A stretch of DNA of 63,979 bases from an uncultured Gammaproteobacteria bacterium. GTDB taxonomy: Bacteria > Patescibacteriota > Patescibacteriia > Patescibacteriales > UBA12075. A program made the position numbers and the translations under genes. Within the stretch, counting starts at the first letter, position 1. Each line of letters starts with the position of its first letter. Shown here piece after piece: positions 50,892-60,332 of this stretch. The notes under the pieces are model-generated. The model was not told the DNA's origin and did not search any database. It was given only the letters and a program-made list of their open reading frames with translations. Location of the stretch: the NCBI GenBank assembly GCA_964459725.1, contig CAYWNT010000010.1:5739-69717 (forward strand), given 5' to 3'.

Positions 50892-50920
50892 AATAACTGA
50901 ATTTTCAAAATTCAGTTATT
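50892..50920. terminator. Terminator of the 755-aa M23 gene
   Basis: Perfect palindrome AATAACTGAATTTT/AAAATTCAGTTATT. Confidence 0.7.
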
Positions 50921-50936
50921 TTTATATAATCTTTAA

Positions 50937-53204
50937 TTATCTCAAGTATTCCATTGGATCTACCGGAAATCCATTTACCCAAACTTCGAAGTGAAGATGA
51001 GGTCCGGATGAGTAGTTACCTGCTCCTGGAGTTCCTGGTCTACCACCGCTCAGAGCGATCATATGACCTTGTCTAACCACATCACCCACATTTACACCGA
51101 TCTCAGACAAGTGGCCGTAATGTGAGTATAGTCCTCCCCCATGGCTTATCAGCACATAACTATAACCATTGCTTCCACCGTTTACGGCTGATACTACAGT
51201 TCCGTCAGCGACGCTGACTACAGCTGATCCTTGTGGCACTACTATGTCCAGACCTTCGTGATCAAAGTCTAGTGGATAGTCTGGGTCATGAAACCCGTAT
51301 GACACATATCCATTAACCGGCATTATAAACTGTGCGTCATTATCATCGCTGTCATCGTTATCATTATTATCGGTATCATCGTCATCGTCATTTGACGTGT
51401 TATTATTTCGACGTGGCTCCTGATATTTCAATTTTCTTCCTACTACGTTTACGATATCTGTTGTGCTTTCACGTTGATAGATCTCATAACTAATCTCTCT
51501 CAGCTCTGTCTGATACCAGTCACCATCAGTTGAGCCCTCTATAACATCTGCTACCAAAGCGATAGTTAGATTCTTCTTTCTCTTGTCTAGTTCTTTATTA
51601 ATATCAAACAAAACAGTCTGCCCAATGAAGTCTTCCCCAGGATGAGAGCCTATAATCTCTCCAGTTTTATAGTTTACTAAGTATATTTCATTTTCTATAA
51701 TATTTTCAGTATTGCTTGCAACTAGCGCCAGATTAACAGAGTTTATTTCAGTAATTTCATTAAAATTATTTCTAATATGGAACACGCCGATTACATCACC
51801 GTCCACATTTTTATTTACTATACTATTCTTTCTATTACTTTTTGCTTCCACAAATATTTTCTCTTTTTGAACTGTAATTATTTGATCAATATTATTTATT
51901 GAAACATTTACATTGAAACCGCTATCGATGCCAACCATCCTAACTTGGTCTATTTGGAAATTAATATTTTCTGCTAGGTTTTTAGAAATATTTCCAAATA
52001 AAACAAACTTCTTATTCTCACCTTTTTTTATAGTATTTTTCCTCAGGTTTATAACGACAGTTTTGTCATCCATCTTACTCTTTCTGCCTACCACCCTATT
52101 AGTGCTATCCTTTATTTTAAAACTTAAGAGATCCTCACCTCTGGCAGTCCCCGCGTTTTTAAATGTGATGCTTTCGATTCTCACATCTTCCATTCCGGAA
52201 TTTTCAGAGATAGTAAAGCTTGCTAGCTTCTTGCCTCCTCTTCCGGATTCTATTACAGCGTTTTTCAACTCATTCTCCTCTACTAAACCACTTCCGAGTG
52301 TGGTCACACCACAAACCAATCTTTTGTCATCAACACTTAGAGGAAAATCTCCTGAGACAGGCAATGATCCGTGAATTTTTGTAGAATTGATTATATCGAA
52401 CTCAATATTCTGATTCAAGCAGCTGTCGTATTTATTTAAATCGATAATTAATTTGATTTCTTGAGCTCTTCGAGGACTAAGTTTTATCGCCTTGTCTCCA
52501 AGGTGAAAAGTAGCAGTCCTGTCGGTCTTCATTACAGCGCTGTCCAATTCCTCTCCTTTGTCATTTTCAATACGCAACTCACCAATAATTTCTTTTTCAA
52601 ATATTCCATTAAGCTTTATAGAGATTGTATCAACGGTCGCCACGCTATCAGAACTTAGAATCAAAATACCAACTGAGTTATTCTTTGAACCATCTGGCAA
52701 AAATAAGTTATCAGCAGAGTGTTTAGCTCGTACATGTATTGACTCTGGCTTACCAAAAGCCGCTTTCACTGTTGTCTGGTTTGCAATTTTGTTTGAACTA
52801 TCCTCATATTGATCTAAATCGGTTCTGTTTACAGTTAGTATCTCTCCCCACTTAAGACCAAGATCTAAAAAATCTTGTTCTGAGTTTATGGCAGTTTTCT
52901 TGTTTCCATCGATATAATAAACTGTGCTTTCTTCTTTGAGTTTTAGGGCTTTAGCCTCTTTTAGTCCATCAAGCGCTCCACCATCAACCCTTGTTACATG
53001 ATTCCATTTGTTTCCATATGACAAAAAAGACACCTCGTTAACATAGGCTTTTTTCAATCCCCTTTCATAATCTACGTAGAAAACTGCAGGATTTCCACTA
53101 ATTTGAAGCTGATTATTTGATTTTGCGTTAATGGATTTTGCCCCAAAAACTGCAAAAAGGGTAACTAAGAATAATAAAATTATGATTTTTTTATAGTTAT
53201 TCAT
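50937..53204 (-). CDS. Large secreted protein with C-terminal M23 peptidase domain
   Basis: 755 aa; signal peptide; Asp/Asn-rich linker; M23 motifs HEGLDI...GPHLHFEV. Confidence 0.85.
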   Translation of the reverse strand: MNNYKKIIILLFLVTLFAVFGAKSINAKSNNQLQISGNPAVFYVDYERGLKKAYVNEVSFLSYGNKWNHVTRVDGGALDGLKEAKALKLKEESTVYYIDGNKKTAINSEQDFLDLGLKWGEILTVNRTDLDQYEDSSNKIANQTTVKAAFGKPESIHVRAKHSADNLFLPDGSKNNSVGILILSSDSVATVDTISIKLNGIFEKEIIGELRIENDKGEELDSAVMKTDRTATFHLGDKAIKLSPRRAQEIKLIIDLNKYDSCLNQNIEFDIINSTKIHGSLPVSGDFPLSVDDKRLVCGVTTLGSGLVEENELKNAVIESGRGGKKLASFTISENSGMEDVRIESITFKNAGTARGEDLLSFKIKDSTNRVVGRKSKMDDKTVVINLRKNTIKKGENKKFVLFGNISKNLAENINFQIDQVRMVGIDSGFNVNVSINNIDQIITVQKEKIFVEAKSNRKNSIVNKNVDGDVIGVFHIRNNFNEITEINSVNLALVASNTENIIENEIYLVNYKTGEIIGSHPGEDFIGQTVLFDINKELDKRKKNLTIALVADVIEGSTDGDWYQTELREISYEIYQRESTTDIVNVVGRKLKYQEPRRNNNTSNDDDDDTDNNDNDDSDDNDAQFIMPVNGYVSYGFHDPDYPLDFDHEGLDIVVPQGSAVVSVADGTVVSAVNGGSNGYSYVLISHGGGLYSHYGHLSEIGVNVGDVVRQGHMIALSGGRPGTPGAGNYSSGPHLHFEVWVNGFPVDPMEYLR

Positions 53205-53227
53205 TTGTTTTTTTTATTTAATATATA

Positions 53228-53256
53228 AATATAGCATATTATGTTAAATTTGTCAA
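53228..53256 (-). promoter_or_regulatory. Promoter of the 755-aa M23 protein gene
   Basis: TTGACA-N17-TATATT. Confidence 0.7.
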
Positions 53257-53272
53257 CATAATTCAAAAATCA

Positions 53273-53301
53273 TTGATTATATCCTATTTTTACTGTAAAA
53301 T
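53273..53301 (+). promoter_or_regulatory. Promoter of 53384..53734
   Basis: TTGATT-N17-TAAAAT. Confidence 0.6.
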
Positions 53302-53383
53302 ATTACTATAATTAATAATTTAAGTTTATTTCAATAAAATAACTTAAACATAAAAAATATGGAAAAATTTACTATGCCAACCA

Positions 53384-53734
53384 GTGAAAAAGAAGGTAAA
53401 ACAGAAGAGGAAATCAAGAGAGGAAGAAAAACTAGCCACAGCAAACGCTAGGTTAAAATTCGAGAGAGAAAGTCAGGGGCAACCTAATGTTCTCACAAGT
53501 GAGCCAACAGAGGAGCAAACAATATCTGAAAGAAAGAGAATTAACGAAATTAAAGATATCGTAAGCAATATCAAGGGATATTCAAAGGAAGACATGTCTA
53601 AAGCCTCTTTTGACTTGGGTGTTTTTATAGATGCAATTGATGAAGAAGAAATCCCAGAGGATAAAAAAACTGAAAAACGGAAATTAACAAGCATGAAAGA
53701 ATACATTGATGATCAACTAGAAAGAGCTGCTTAA
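53384..53734 (+). CDS. Hypothetical Lys/Glu-rich protein
   Basis: 116-aa ORF with GTG start; a 30-codon ATG ORF in another frame (from 53359) lies just upstream, so the start or frame is uncertain. Confidence 0.4.
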   Translation: MKKKVKQKRKSREEEKLATANARLKFERESQGQPNVLTSEPTEEQTISERKRINEIKDIVSNIKGYSKEDMSKASFDLGVFIDAIDEEEIPEDKKTEKRKLTSMKEYIDDQLERAA

Positions 53735-53754
53735 CTACATTCTAAAATACAAAA

Positions 53755-53786
53755 GAAAAAACAGGATGTATAGTCCTGTTTTTTTA
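53755..53786. terminator. Bidirectional terminator
   Basis: A6-ACAGGA...TCCTGT-T7. Confidence 0.75.
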
Positions 53787-54095
53787 AAATAAGAAATCTC
53801 TACAAAGAGCTTTTTTGCCTACGTGAAAGATTCTTACTTTTTTTACTAGTGCCCTTTTTATGTAAGGACGTAGTCTAAATGTAGCTGATTGTCCATTCTT
53901 CTCCAGAAATATTGACAGCAAGGGTTCATGAGCTAAAAATTCATCATCATAACAAACTGAAAAATGTAAATGAGCAATCGACTTCTCAATATTCGCACCA
54001 TCCTTAAAAACAATTTCAAACTCATTCCTACCACCAACGAAAACAATTTTTTTCATTGCTAAGATTGTGCACTTAGCATCACTCGGTCTCCACAT
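53784..54095 (-). CDS. Hypothetical protein
   Basis: 103 aa from Met21 (AAGGAGGTG SD 5 nt upstream). Confidence 0.5.
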   Translation of the reverse strand: MWRPSDAKCTILAMKKIVFVGGRNEFEIVFKDGANIEKSIAHLHFSVCYDDEFLAHEPLLSIFLEKNGQSATFRLRPYIKRALVKKVRIFHVGKKALCRDFLF

Positions 54096-54171
54096 CCAAC
54101 ACCTCCTTTTTTTTGAGTTATCAATTAAATTATCACACTTAATCTCTGGTGTCAAGAAAGCTAATCAAAAA

Positions 54172-54205
54172 CAAATAAAGACTGCATTAAGCAGTCTTTA
54201 TTTTA
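54172..54205 (-). terminator. Terminator after the PSP1 gene
   Basis: AAAGACTGC...GCAGTCTTT + T-rich tract. Confidence 0.7.
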
Positions 54206-54224
54206 ATATTTAAAAAATTTATGT

Positions 54225-55058
54225 TTATTCCTTGTTTCTATTCAAGTCAACCTCTGCTATAGTGCTTCCGCCTTCCTTCTCTCGATTAAACTTCACTCTT
54301 ACGCTTTGCTTTAAAATATGCTGTCCTATGATCTCTCCTTTTTCTCCATCCACGTCAACCTTGGTGCCAATTGGGGGCATTTTTTTTGCTAACTCCTCGT
54401 AACCGGATTGCTCATACGCTAAACAGCACATAAGTCTACCGCATACTCCTGATACCCTGTCAGATCCACGGTGAGAACATTGTTGCAACTCTGACATTTC
54501 TGATGTTATAGAAGCTAGTTCTCTCAAGTGGCCCTTACAACAAAGTGTACGTCCACAATGTCCGCAATCTCCGCATACTTTTGCCTCATCTCTAATTCCG
54601 ATTTGTTGTAAACGAATAGTCTTACCAAAATGCCTGGTCATATCCTTGACCATGTTTCTGAAATCAATTCTGCCGTCAGCAATAAACGCGAAAGTAATTC
54701 GAGAGCCATCATATGAAAAATGTACATCTACGAACTTCATATCTAGATTATGCCTGTCTTTTAATATTCTGGCATAGTCTAGTGCGTCTAGCTTCTCTCT
54801 TTTTGGCTGAATTTGCTCCCTGTCTTTATCATTGGCAATTCTGATTATAGGCTTAATACCCGATGACCTCTCGCCATCTCTGTCTATATTTCTTAAAAAT
54901 TCTTTCTCATCTATATCCTCTATTCCATGAACAGTCCCTAATTCGGTACCCATGTCAGTATCAACAATAACCAAATCACCCTGAGATACATCAACTTCGT
55001 TCAGGGAAAAAAAGTAAGACTTATCCCATGGTACAAATTTTATTTTAGCGACTTTCAT
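54225..55058 (-). CDS. PSP1-domain protein (RicT/YaaT-like)
   Basis: 277 aa; PSP1 pattern with Cys cluster CGDCGHCGRTLCC. Confidence 0.85.
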   Translation of the reverse strand: MKVAKIKFVPWDKSYFFSLNEVDVSQGDLVIVDTDMGTELGTVHGIEDIDEKEFLRNIDRDGERSSGIKPIIRIANDKDREQIQPKREKLDALDYARILKDRHNLDMKFVDVHFSYDGSRITFAFIADGRIDFRNMVKDMTRHFGKTIRLQQIGIRDEAKVCGDCGHCGRTLCCKGHLRELASITSEMSELQQCSHRGSDRVSGVCGRLMCCLAYEQSGYEELAKKMPPIGTKVDVDGEKGEIIGQHILKQSVRVKFNREKEGGSTIAEVDLNRNKE

Positions 55059-55072
55059 GAATAATTTTTGTA

Positions 55073-55843
55073 TTATAGACTTATTCTCAGAAATTTAACA
55101 AGCTTAATGTCTGATCCTGCTTCTGCTATCACACCTTCAATGCTTTTCTTGTCATCTTTAATGAAAACTTGTTTTAATAAGCAAACCTCTTCGTAGTATT
55201 TATTGATCTTTCCCATTAGAATCTTTTCAATGATTTCATCCGGCTTTCCTTCCTTCTTGAGCTGTTCTCTATAAATATCTTTTTCTTTTTCTACTTCTTC
55301 AGCTGGCACATCGTCTGGTGACAAATAAGTTGGAGACATGGCAGCAATTTGCATACCAATATCACTAGCTAGTCCTTCGTCGATTGCGTTATCAAAAACT
55401 GCAATTCCAACAATTTTGCTGTTTGAGTGTTTGTAAGCGCCAACAAATCCACCCTCTACAGTGTCTCCTGATTCAAAAATAATATTCTCGCCTACTTTCA
55501 AGACAACCTCATCTTTTTTCTCGTCAAAATATGCCTTAGAGTCACTCTCAAGTCCTTGTTTTGCAACCTCTTGAACAAACTCTTTAAAATCTTCATTTCT
55601 AGCAACAAAATCTGTCTCACATTTTATATTAACAACCGATACTTTTTTATTATCATCTGTTTTAACAAAATCTACTAAGCCTTCATTGGTCGCTCTGTCA
55701 GATTTTTTAGCAGCCTTCACACTTCCCTTTTTTCTTAGGATTTCAACAGCCTTATCAATGTCTCCAGATGTTTCATCAAGAGCCTTCTTGCATTCAACCA
55801 TGCCAGCTCCTGTTTTTTCTCTTAATAATTTAATTTTTTCCAT
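55073..55843 (-). CDS. tsf: Elongation factor Ts
   Basis: 256 aa; LREKTGAGMVECKKAL UBA-like start; downstream of rpsB. Confidence 0.95.
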   Translation of the reverse strand: MEKIKLLREKTGAGMVECKKALDETSGDIDKAVEILRKKGSVKAAKKSDRATNEGLVDFVKTDDNKKVSVVNIKCETDFVARNEDFKEFVQEVAKQGLESDSKAYFDEKKDEVVLKVGENIIFESGDTVEGGFVGAYKHSNSKIVGIAVFDNAIDEGLASDIGMQIAAMSPTYLSPDDVPAEEVEKEKDIYREQLKKEGKPDEIIEKILMGKINKYYEEVCLLKQVFIKDDKKSIEGVIAEAGSDIKLVKFLRISL

Positions 55844-55907
55844 CTTTTTATAGTGAACAGCACAAGTCCTCTGAGGAACTTATTCTGTTTTTATTATTTA
55901 TCTTGGA

Positions 55908-56600
55908 TTAATTGGTAGAAGTTTTTTTACCTTCAAGAACTGTTTCTTTCACTGTCTCAATAAGCAACTTTATAGTTTTTGTCGCATCATCGTTTGAAGG
56001 AATTACATAATTAATATTTGAAGGATTTACGTTTGTATCACACACGCCAATGATTGGGATGTTTTTCTTCTTCGCTTCCATGATTGCTGTTCTTTCCTTC
56101 TTGATATCCCAAACAAATATAACATCAGGCATTTTTACAAGACCAGTTAGACCACCAACCTTTGTCTCAAGTTTAGCGATTGTTCTATCCATGTTTAAGC
56201 GTTCTTTTTTTGTAAATTTATCAAGCTTTCCTGAAGATTTGTCAGCTAACAAATCTTTGTATTTTTTTATAAGTTTTTTCACTACTGAAAAGTTGGTAAG
56301 ACTTCCACCCATCCATTTTTCTGTAACATATGGCATATTAAGTTCCTCGGCTAGCTCTTTCATTGGTTTCTTTACCTGCATTTTTGTCCCGACAAAAAGA
56401 ATCATCTTGCCCTCACTAGACATTTTTTTGATTAACTCAAGGGCTGACTCAAGCATTTTTCTTGATTTAACTAAATCAATAATGTGCACACCATTGCGCA
56501 CGCCAAAAATATAAGAAGCACACTTAGGATGCCACTTACTTGTTTTATGACCGAAATGCATTCCTGCATTCATCATTTGTTCGATTGTTGGTATTTTCAT
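55908..56600 (-). CDS. rpsB: 30S ribosomal protein S2
   Basis: 230 aa; AGMHFGHKTSKWHPK signature. Confidence 0.95.
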   Translation of the reverse strand: MKIPTIEQMMNAGMHFGHKTSKWHPKCASYIFGVRNGVHIIDLVKSRKMLESALELIKKMSSEGKMILFVGTKMQVKKPMKELAEELNMPYVTEKWMGGSLTNFSVVKKLIKKYKDLLADKSSGKLDKFTKKERLNMDRTIAKLETKVGGLTGLVKMPDVIFVWDIKKERTAIMEAKKKNIPIIGVCDTNVNPSNINYVIPSNDDATKTIKLLIETVKETVLEGKKTSTN

Positions 56601-56640
56601 AAATTTTTCCTTTTTTCCTCCATCTTGCTAAAAAATTTTA

Positions 56641-56669
56641 ATTATATTTTTCAAGGAAAAAATATGCAA
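56641..56669 (-). promoter_or_regulatory. rpsB promoter P2
   Basis: TTGCAT-N17-TATAAT. Confidence 0.7.
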
Positions 56670-56689
56670 GATGTGAGAGATTTAATTTA

Positions 56690-56775
56690 ATTTTTTAATA
56701 AAAATATGGCTTTTCTAAGAAATAAGACAATTTCCTATTTCCTGAAAAAGCCATTTGCAAATATTGCAATTACTA
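56690..56775 (-). ncRNA. Short structured transcript or leader upstream of the rpsB promoter
   Basis: Promoter P1 56781-56808. 9-bp helix 56706-56714/56746-56754 enclosing an inner hairpin, followed by a U-rich tract. A second promoter (P2) follows. Confidence 0.4.
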
Positions 56776-56780
56776 TATAA

Positions 56781-56808
56781 AGTATAATATTTTAAATAAT
56801 TTTGTCAA
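56781..56808 (-). promoter_or_regulatory. Upstream promoter P1
   Basis: TTGACA-N16-TATACT. Confidence 0.6.
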
Positions 56809-56829
56809 GTAATTTAGTCCAAAATCCAT

Positions 56830-58380
56830 TTATCGCTTCTTTGGAGTTACCCAAAAACCAAGATATTTCCCAAACATCAGTCGTGTCTGAGCCTCTAGTC
56901 CAGGAATTGCGCCAAAAATAATTATAGTAAATGGAAGAATTAACCACTGAAAAGGCATTAGCATTTTCTTTAAAAATGGATAATTTTTTGGTTTTTCAGG
57001 TAAAAGTAGATTTGAAATTATAGCAGACAAGACCATTCCAGACATAGCAAAGACCATCAAAGTTCTGGTAATTGTGGGAAGGTTGGTAGAAAGAGTTGAG
57101 GAATTGAAACTGTCTCCTCCAATCAACATCGGCAACCATCCAATAACACCAATAATAAGAGCGTTTGTGGCCCAAGAGTGAAATCCGTGCAGCTGAACCA
57201 TGAGCCTCCCTATCATTTTACCCTTAGGATATGTTTTCCAGTTCTTAATAACGTTAAAAAGTAAGTACGGCAAGTTCTCTACCCCCCAGCCCCATCTTCT
57301 CTGTTGCTTGTATAGATTGCGTGCAGCATCCATCGTCTTTTCATCCATACACACATCCATTGAAACCGGATAATGCATGGGCTCTACTCGATAGTCGCCA
57401 TTGTAATGGCAGAAGCAATGCCAGAATATTCTAGAATCCTCACTAACCATTCTAGTTGACCAGAAGTCGATATCAACCAAAGCGCGCCAAGTCATAGAGT
57501 GAGAAGAGTATGTGGCAAGCTTCTCCACTCTTATTTGTTGCATCATTTGCCAGAAAGTATTTGATGAAGCGGCAATTCGGGCAAAAAACTGTGCCTGCCA
57601 AAGATTATTGTGATAGACTGGGATCGGTTGATAGCTTGCTCGGTACGGATTTTCAACAGTTAGAAATTTATACATCAGACAATAAAAATAATCCTCATAA
57701 ATCACAGTATCTATATCAAAAACACTGACCAAAATCTTGTCATAATCATATCCATCTCTGTCTATTATATTTTTCTTTACCTCTCTGGCTGCCCAGGTCT
57801 GATTCGCGCCCTTGGCCTTGATCTCGCCCTCGATATTGTCCGGATGCACAGTTAGAACAAGCTCTTTAAATACGCCCTGGTACTCATCAATAATCTTTTT
57901 TGCCCCGTTATACGCTTCTTCTCCACCTCTCTCCTCTACGGTTATAACCATAATCATCCTGTCGGTCGGATAGGAAGACTTGGCAATGGCATCAATTGTG
58001 GGTCGAACAACTTCAGGGCCCTCCTGGTACATAGGCAGGATAATTAAGTGATAATAATCTTGCCATTTTTCATTCTCTTTTAAGTTGCTATTACCAGGAT
58101 TCAAGTTATGACATTTATCTTTCCAGTCCGTCCTGAGGCTGGCCTTAAGTTTTCTATAAGCCATAACCAGATGAATCCCTAGAAAAACAACCAACAATAA
58201 CCAATAAACATCAAAAGCGATTATAAAAAAGGATACCCAAATAGGTTTAAAGTATGACAAAACAGCCAACACAATCAATGTAAGCCATGATATAGCGCCG
58301 GGCATTATCTCTAATGCTCTATATAATTTTCTATCACGCCCCGAAAGGTCGCTTGCTTTACCTATTTTTAGATAATCCAT
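56830..58380 (-). CDS. Membrane-embedded family-2 glycosyltransferase (processive, cellulose/chitin-synthase-like)
   Basis: 516 aa; flanking TM helices, FDIDT, QQRRWGWG (QxxRW) motifs. Confidence 0.8.
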   Translation of the reverse strand: MDYLKIGKASDLSGRDRKLYRALEIMPGAISWLTLIVLAVLSYFKPIWVSFFIIAFDVYWLLLVVFLGIHLVMAYRKLKASLRTDWKDKCHNLNPGNSNLKENEKWQDYYHLIILPMYQEGPEVVRPTIDAIAKSSYPTDRMIMVITVEERGGEEAYNGAKKIIDEYQGVFKELVLTVHPDNIEGEIKAKGANQTWAAREVKKNIIDRDGYDYDKILVSVFDIDTVIYEDYFYCLMYKFLTVENPYRASYQPIPVYHNNLWQAQFFARIAASSNTFWQMMQQIRVEKLATYSSHSMTWRALVDIDFWSTRMVSEDSRIFWHCFCHYNGDYRVEPMHYPVSMDVCMDEKTMDAARNLYKQQRRWGWGVENLPYLLFNVIKNWKTYPKGKMIGRLMVQLHGFHSWATNALIIGVIGWLPMLIGGDSFNSSTLSTNLPTITRTLMVFAMSGMVLSAIISNLLLPEKPKNYPFLKKMLMPFQWLILPFTIIIFGAIPGLEAQTRLMFGKYLGFWVTPKKR

Positions 58381-58431
58381 ATATTATGAATAATATAAAC
58401 ACACTTTCCAATAAATGACAACATAAAATAT

Positions 58432-58460
58432 AAATATCCCGATTATTTCGGGATATTTAT
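58432..58460 (-). terminator. Terminator after the VirD4-like gene
   Basis: AAATATCCCG...CGGGATATTT. Confidence 0.65.
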
Positions 58461-58471
58461 TGATAAAATTT

Positions 58472-60319
58472 TTACAATCTTATTTCCTGGTCTTCTGTTA
58501 GCTCATTTTCTGATTTGGAGTTTTGTATATCTCTTTTTTTAGTCTCAGCCTGCTGATTGGGTTGTTTCCTGTTCAAATCTACTTTAGGCTTTGGAGGCTC
58601 TCTTCTTTCTTGAGTAGCTTTTTTTTCTGGAATAGTTACTTCTTTTTCCTTTGGGGTAACCACCTCTTTTTTTGCGCCTTTAAAATTAACCACGTTTTTT
58701 TGTGGAATATCACTTAGGCTGATTTTTTTTGGAGCAATAACTGGTGCTGGCTCAACCTCTTTTACAGTCCTGGGTGATATCGGGGCCTCTTTGGTCTTGT
58801 TAACTTTTCCAATATTTTCAATTTTGTTCTTTTTTTTCTCTCTAGCCTCGGAAAGGCAATCTTTGCAATACACTGGACGCACCCCATCTGGCTCGAATGA
58901 AAGTTTTGTTTCTTTGCCACAAGTTGAACAGTTGGCAGAATATTTATAAACATCGGGGTCTACTTTTTTCTTGGCACTCGCCTGGTTGCCGCTATAATCA
59001 TTTTGTATCACTTGATTCTTCGCTCCCCCTTCTTTGTTGTCATCCATGTGCCAACTAGCTATTTCCTCCTCAACTTGCACCCTATTCTTTGCATATTGTT
59101 CTCTACTGTTTTTTATAACTTTATCAATATTATGTGTTCTTTCGCCATCAGTCAAAGGCACCAAACCTCTGGCCGAAAAAGGCTCTGAAGCGACACCGTC
59201 TATCATTAATTTCAAATAAATTTCGTATTTAGGAAGATTCACAATGTCCTCCTCCATAAAAGTCGGCGAAAACTCAGGAGCTAGAGCCTCAGCGTCCCCT
59301 GCGCCAACTCGGAAAAGTATCAATGTGCCCACATTTCCAAATACGGCACTAGCAACTGTTTCAGGTAGCTGTTCTATGTACTGATGAGCTAAAATCAAAT
59401 TGAGTCTATACTTTCTAGCCTCAGAAAGAATGTTTGCAAAACTGTCTGTTGCAAAATTCTGAAACTCATCAACATAGAGATAAAAGTCTTTTCTGTCAGA
59501 CTCCTGTATATCCACCCTACTCATAGCGGCTAATTGAATCTTGGTAATTATCATAGCACCTAAAAGTGCGGAATTATCCTCACCTATTCTCCCCTTACTC
59601 AGATTTAAAATAAGAATTTTCCCCTCATCCATTATCTGCCGCATGTCTATAGTTGACTTAACTTGCCCAACAATATTTCTAATCAGGGCCACAGACAGAA
59701 ACTGCCCAACCTTGTTTTGAATCGGCGACACCGCCTCTGAGGCGAACTTATCATTGTATGAAGCAAACTCTTTCACCCAGAAGGCCTTCACAACAGGATC
59801 AGTAATATTCTCCACCACTTTTTTTCTAAATGCCTTATCAGAAAGCATCCTGGTAACAGCCAAGAGTGTTGCCTCTGGATAATCCAAAACAGCTAGAATT
59901 GCATTTCTTAAGATATATTCCAATCTCGGACCCCAGGAATCAGCCCATAATTTCTGAAACACACCAATAAGCCCTGAGGCCACCAAGTGTCTAAGGTGAG
60001 GTTCCACCTTCTCTACAACATTAAAGGCAATCGGGTTTTCATAGTCAGAAGGATTAAAGTAAACCACATCATCGATCCTGTCGTCAGGGATATATTCAAC
60101 AATCTTTTCAGCCAAGTCTCCATGCGGGTCAACCACGGCAACACCATGACCCGCTCTAATATCCTCGACTATCATGTTTTCCTGAATGGTCGACTTCCCC
60201 ATTCCAGTTTTTCCAATCAAATACATATGACGGCGCCTGTCGTCTCTTTTTATGCCGAACTTTTTATTCTCGTTTCGATAAGTTGTTTCAGCAAATATTA
60301 CTATTTCTTTTCTATTCAT
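58472..60319 (-). CDS. VirD4/TraD-like (T4SS coupling-protein-type) P-loop ATPase with C-terminal zinc ribbon
   Basis: 615 aa; Walker A GKTGMGKST, Walker B LYVDEFQNF; C-terminal CSTCG...CKDC and basic tail. Confidence 0.75.
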   Translation of the reverse strand: MNRKEIVIFAETTYRNENKKFGIKRDDRRRHMYLIGKTGMGKSTIQENMIVEDIRAGHGVAVVDPHGDLAEKIVEYIPDDRIDDVVYFNPSDYENPIAFNVVEKVEPHLRHLVASGLIGVFQKLWADSWGPRLEYILRNAILAVLDYPEATLLAVTRMLSDKAFRKKVVENITDPVVKAFWVKEFASYNDKFASEAVSPIQNKVGQFLSVALIRNIVGQVKSTIDMRQIMDEGKILILNLSKGRIGEDNSALLGAMIITKIQLAAMSRVDIQESDRKDFYLYVDEFQNFATDSFANILSEARKYRLNLILAHQYIEQLPETVASAVFGNVGTLILFRVGAGDAEALAPEFSPTFMEEDIVNLPKYEIYLKLMIDGVASEPFSARGLVPLTDGERTHNIDKVIKNSREQYAKNRVQVEEEIASWHMDDNKEGGAKNQVIQNDYSGNQASAKKKVDPDVYKYSANCSTCGKETKLSFEPDGVRPVYCKDCLSEAREKKKNKIENIGKVNKTKEAPISPRTVKEVEPAPVIAPKKISLSDIPQKNVVNFKGAKKEVVTPKEKEVTIPEKKATQERREPPKPKVDLNRKQPNQQAETKKRDIQNSKSENELTEDQEIRL

Positions 60320-60332
60320 AATTTTAATTTAT

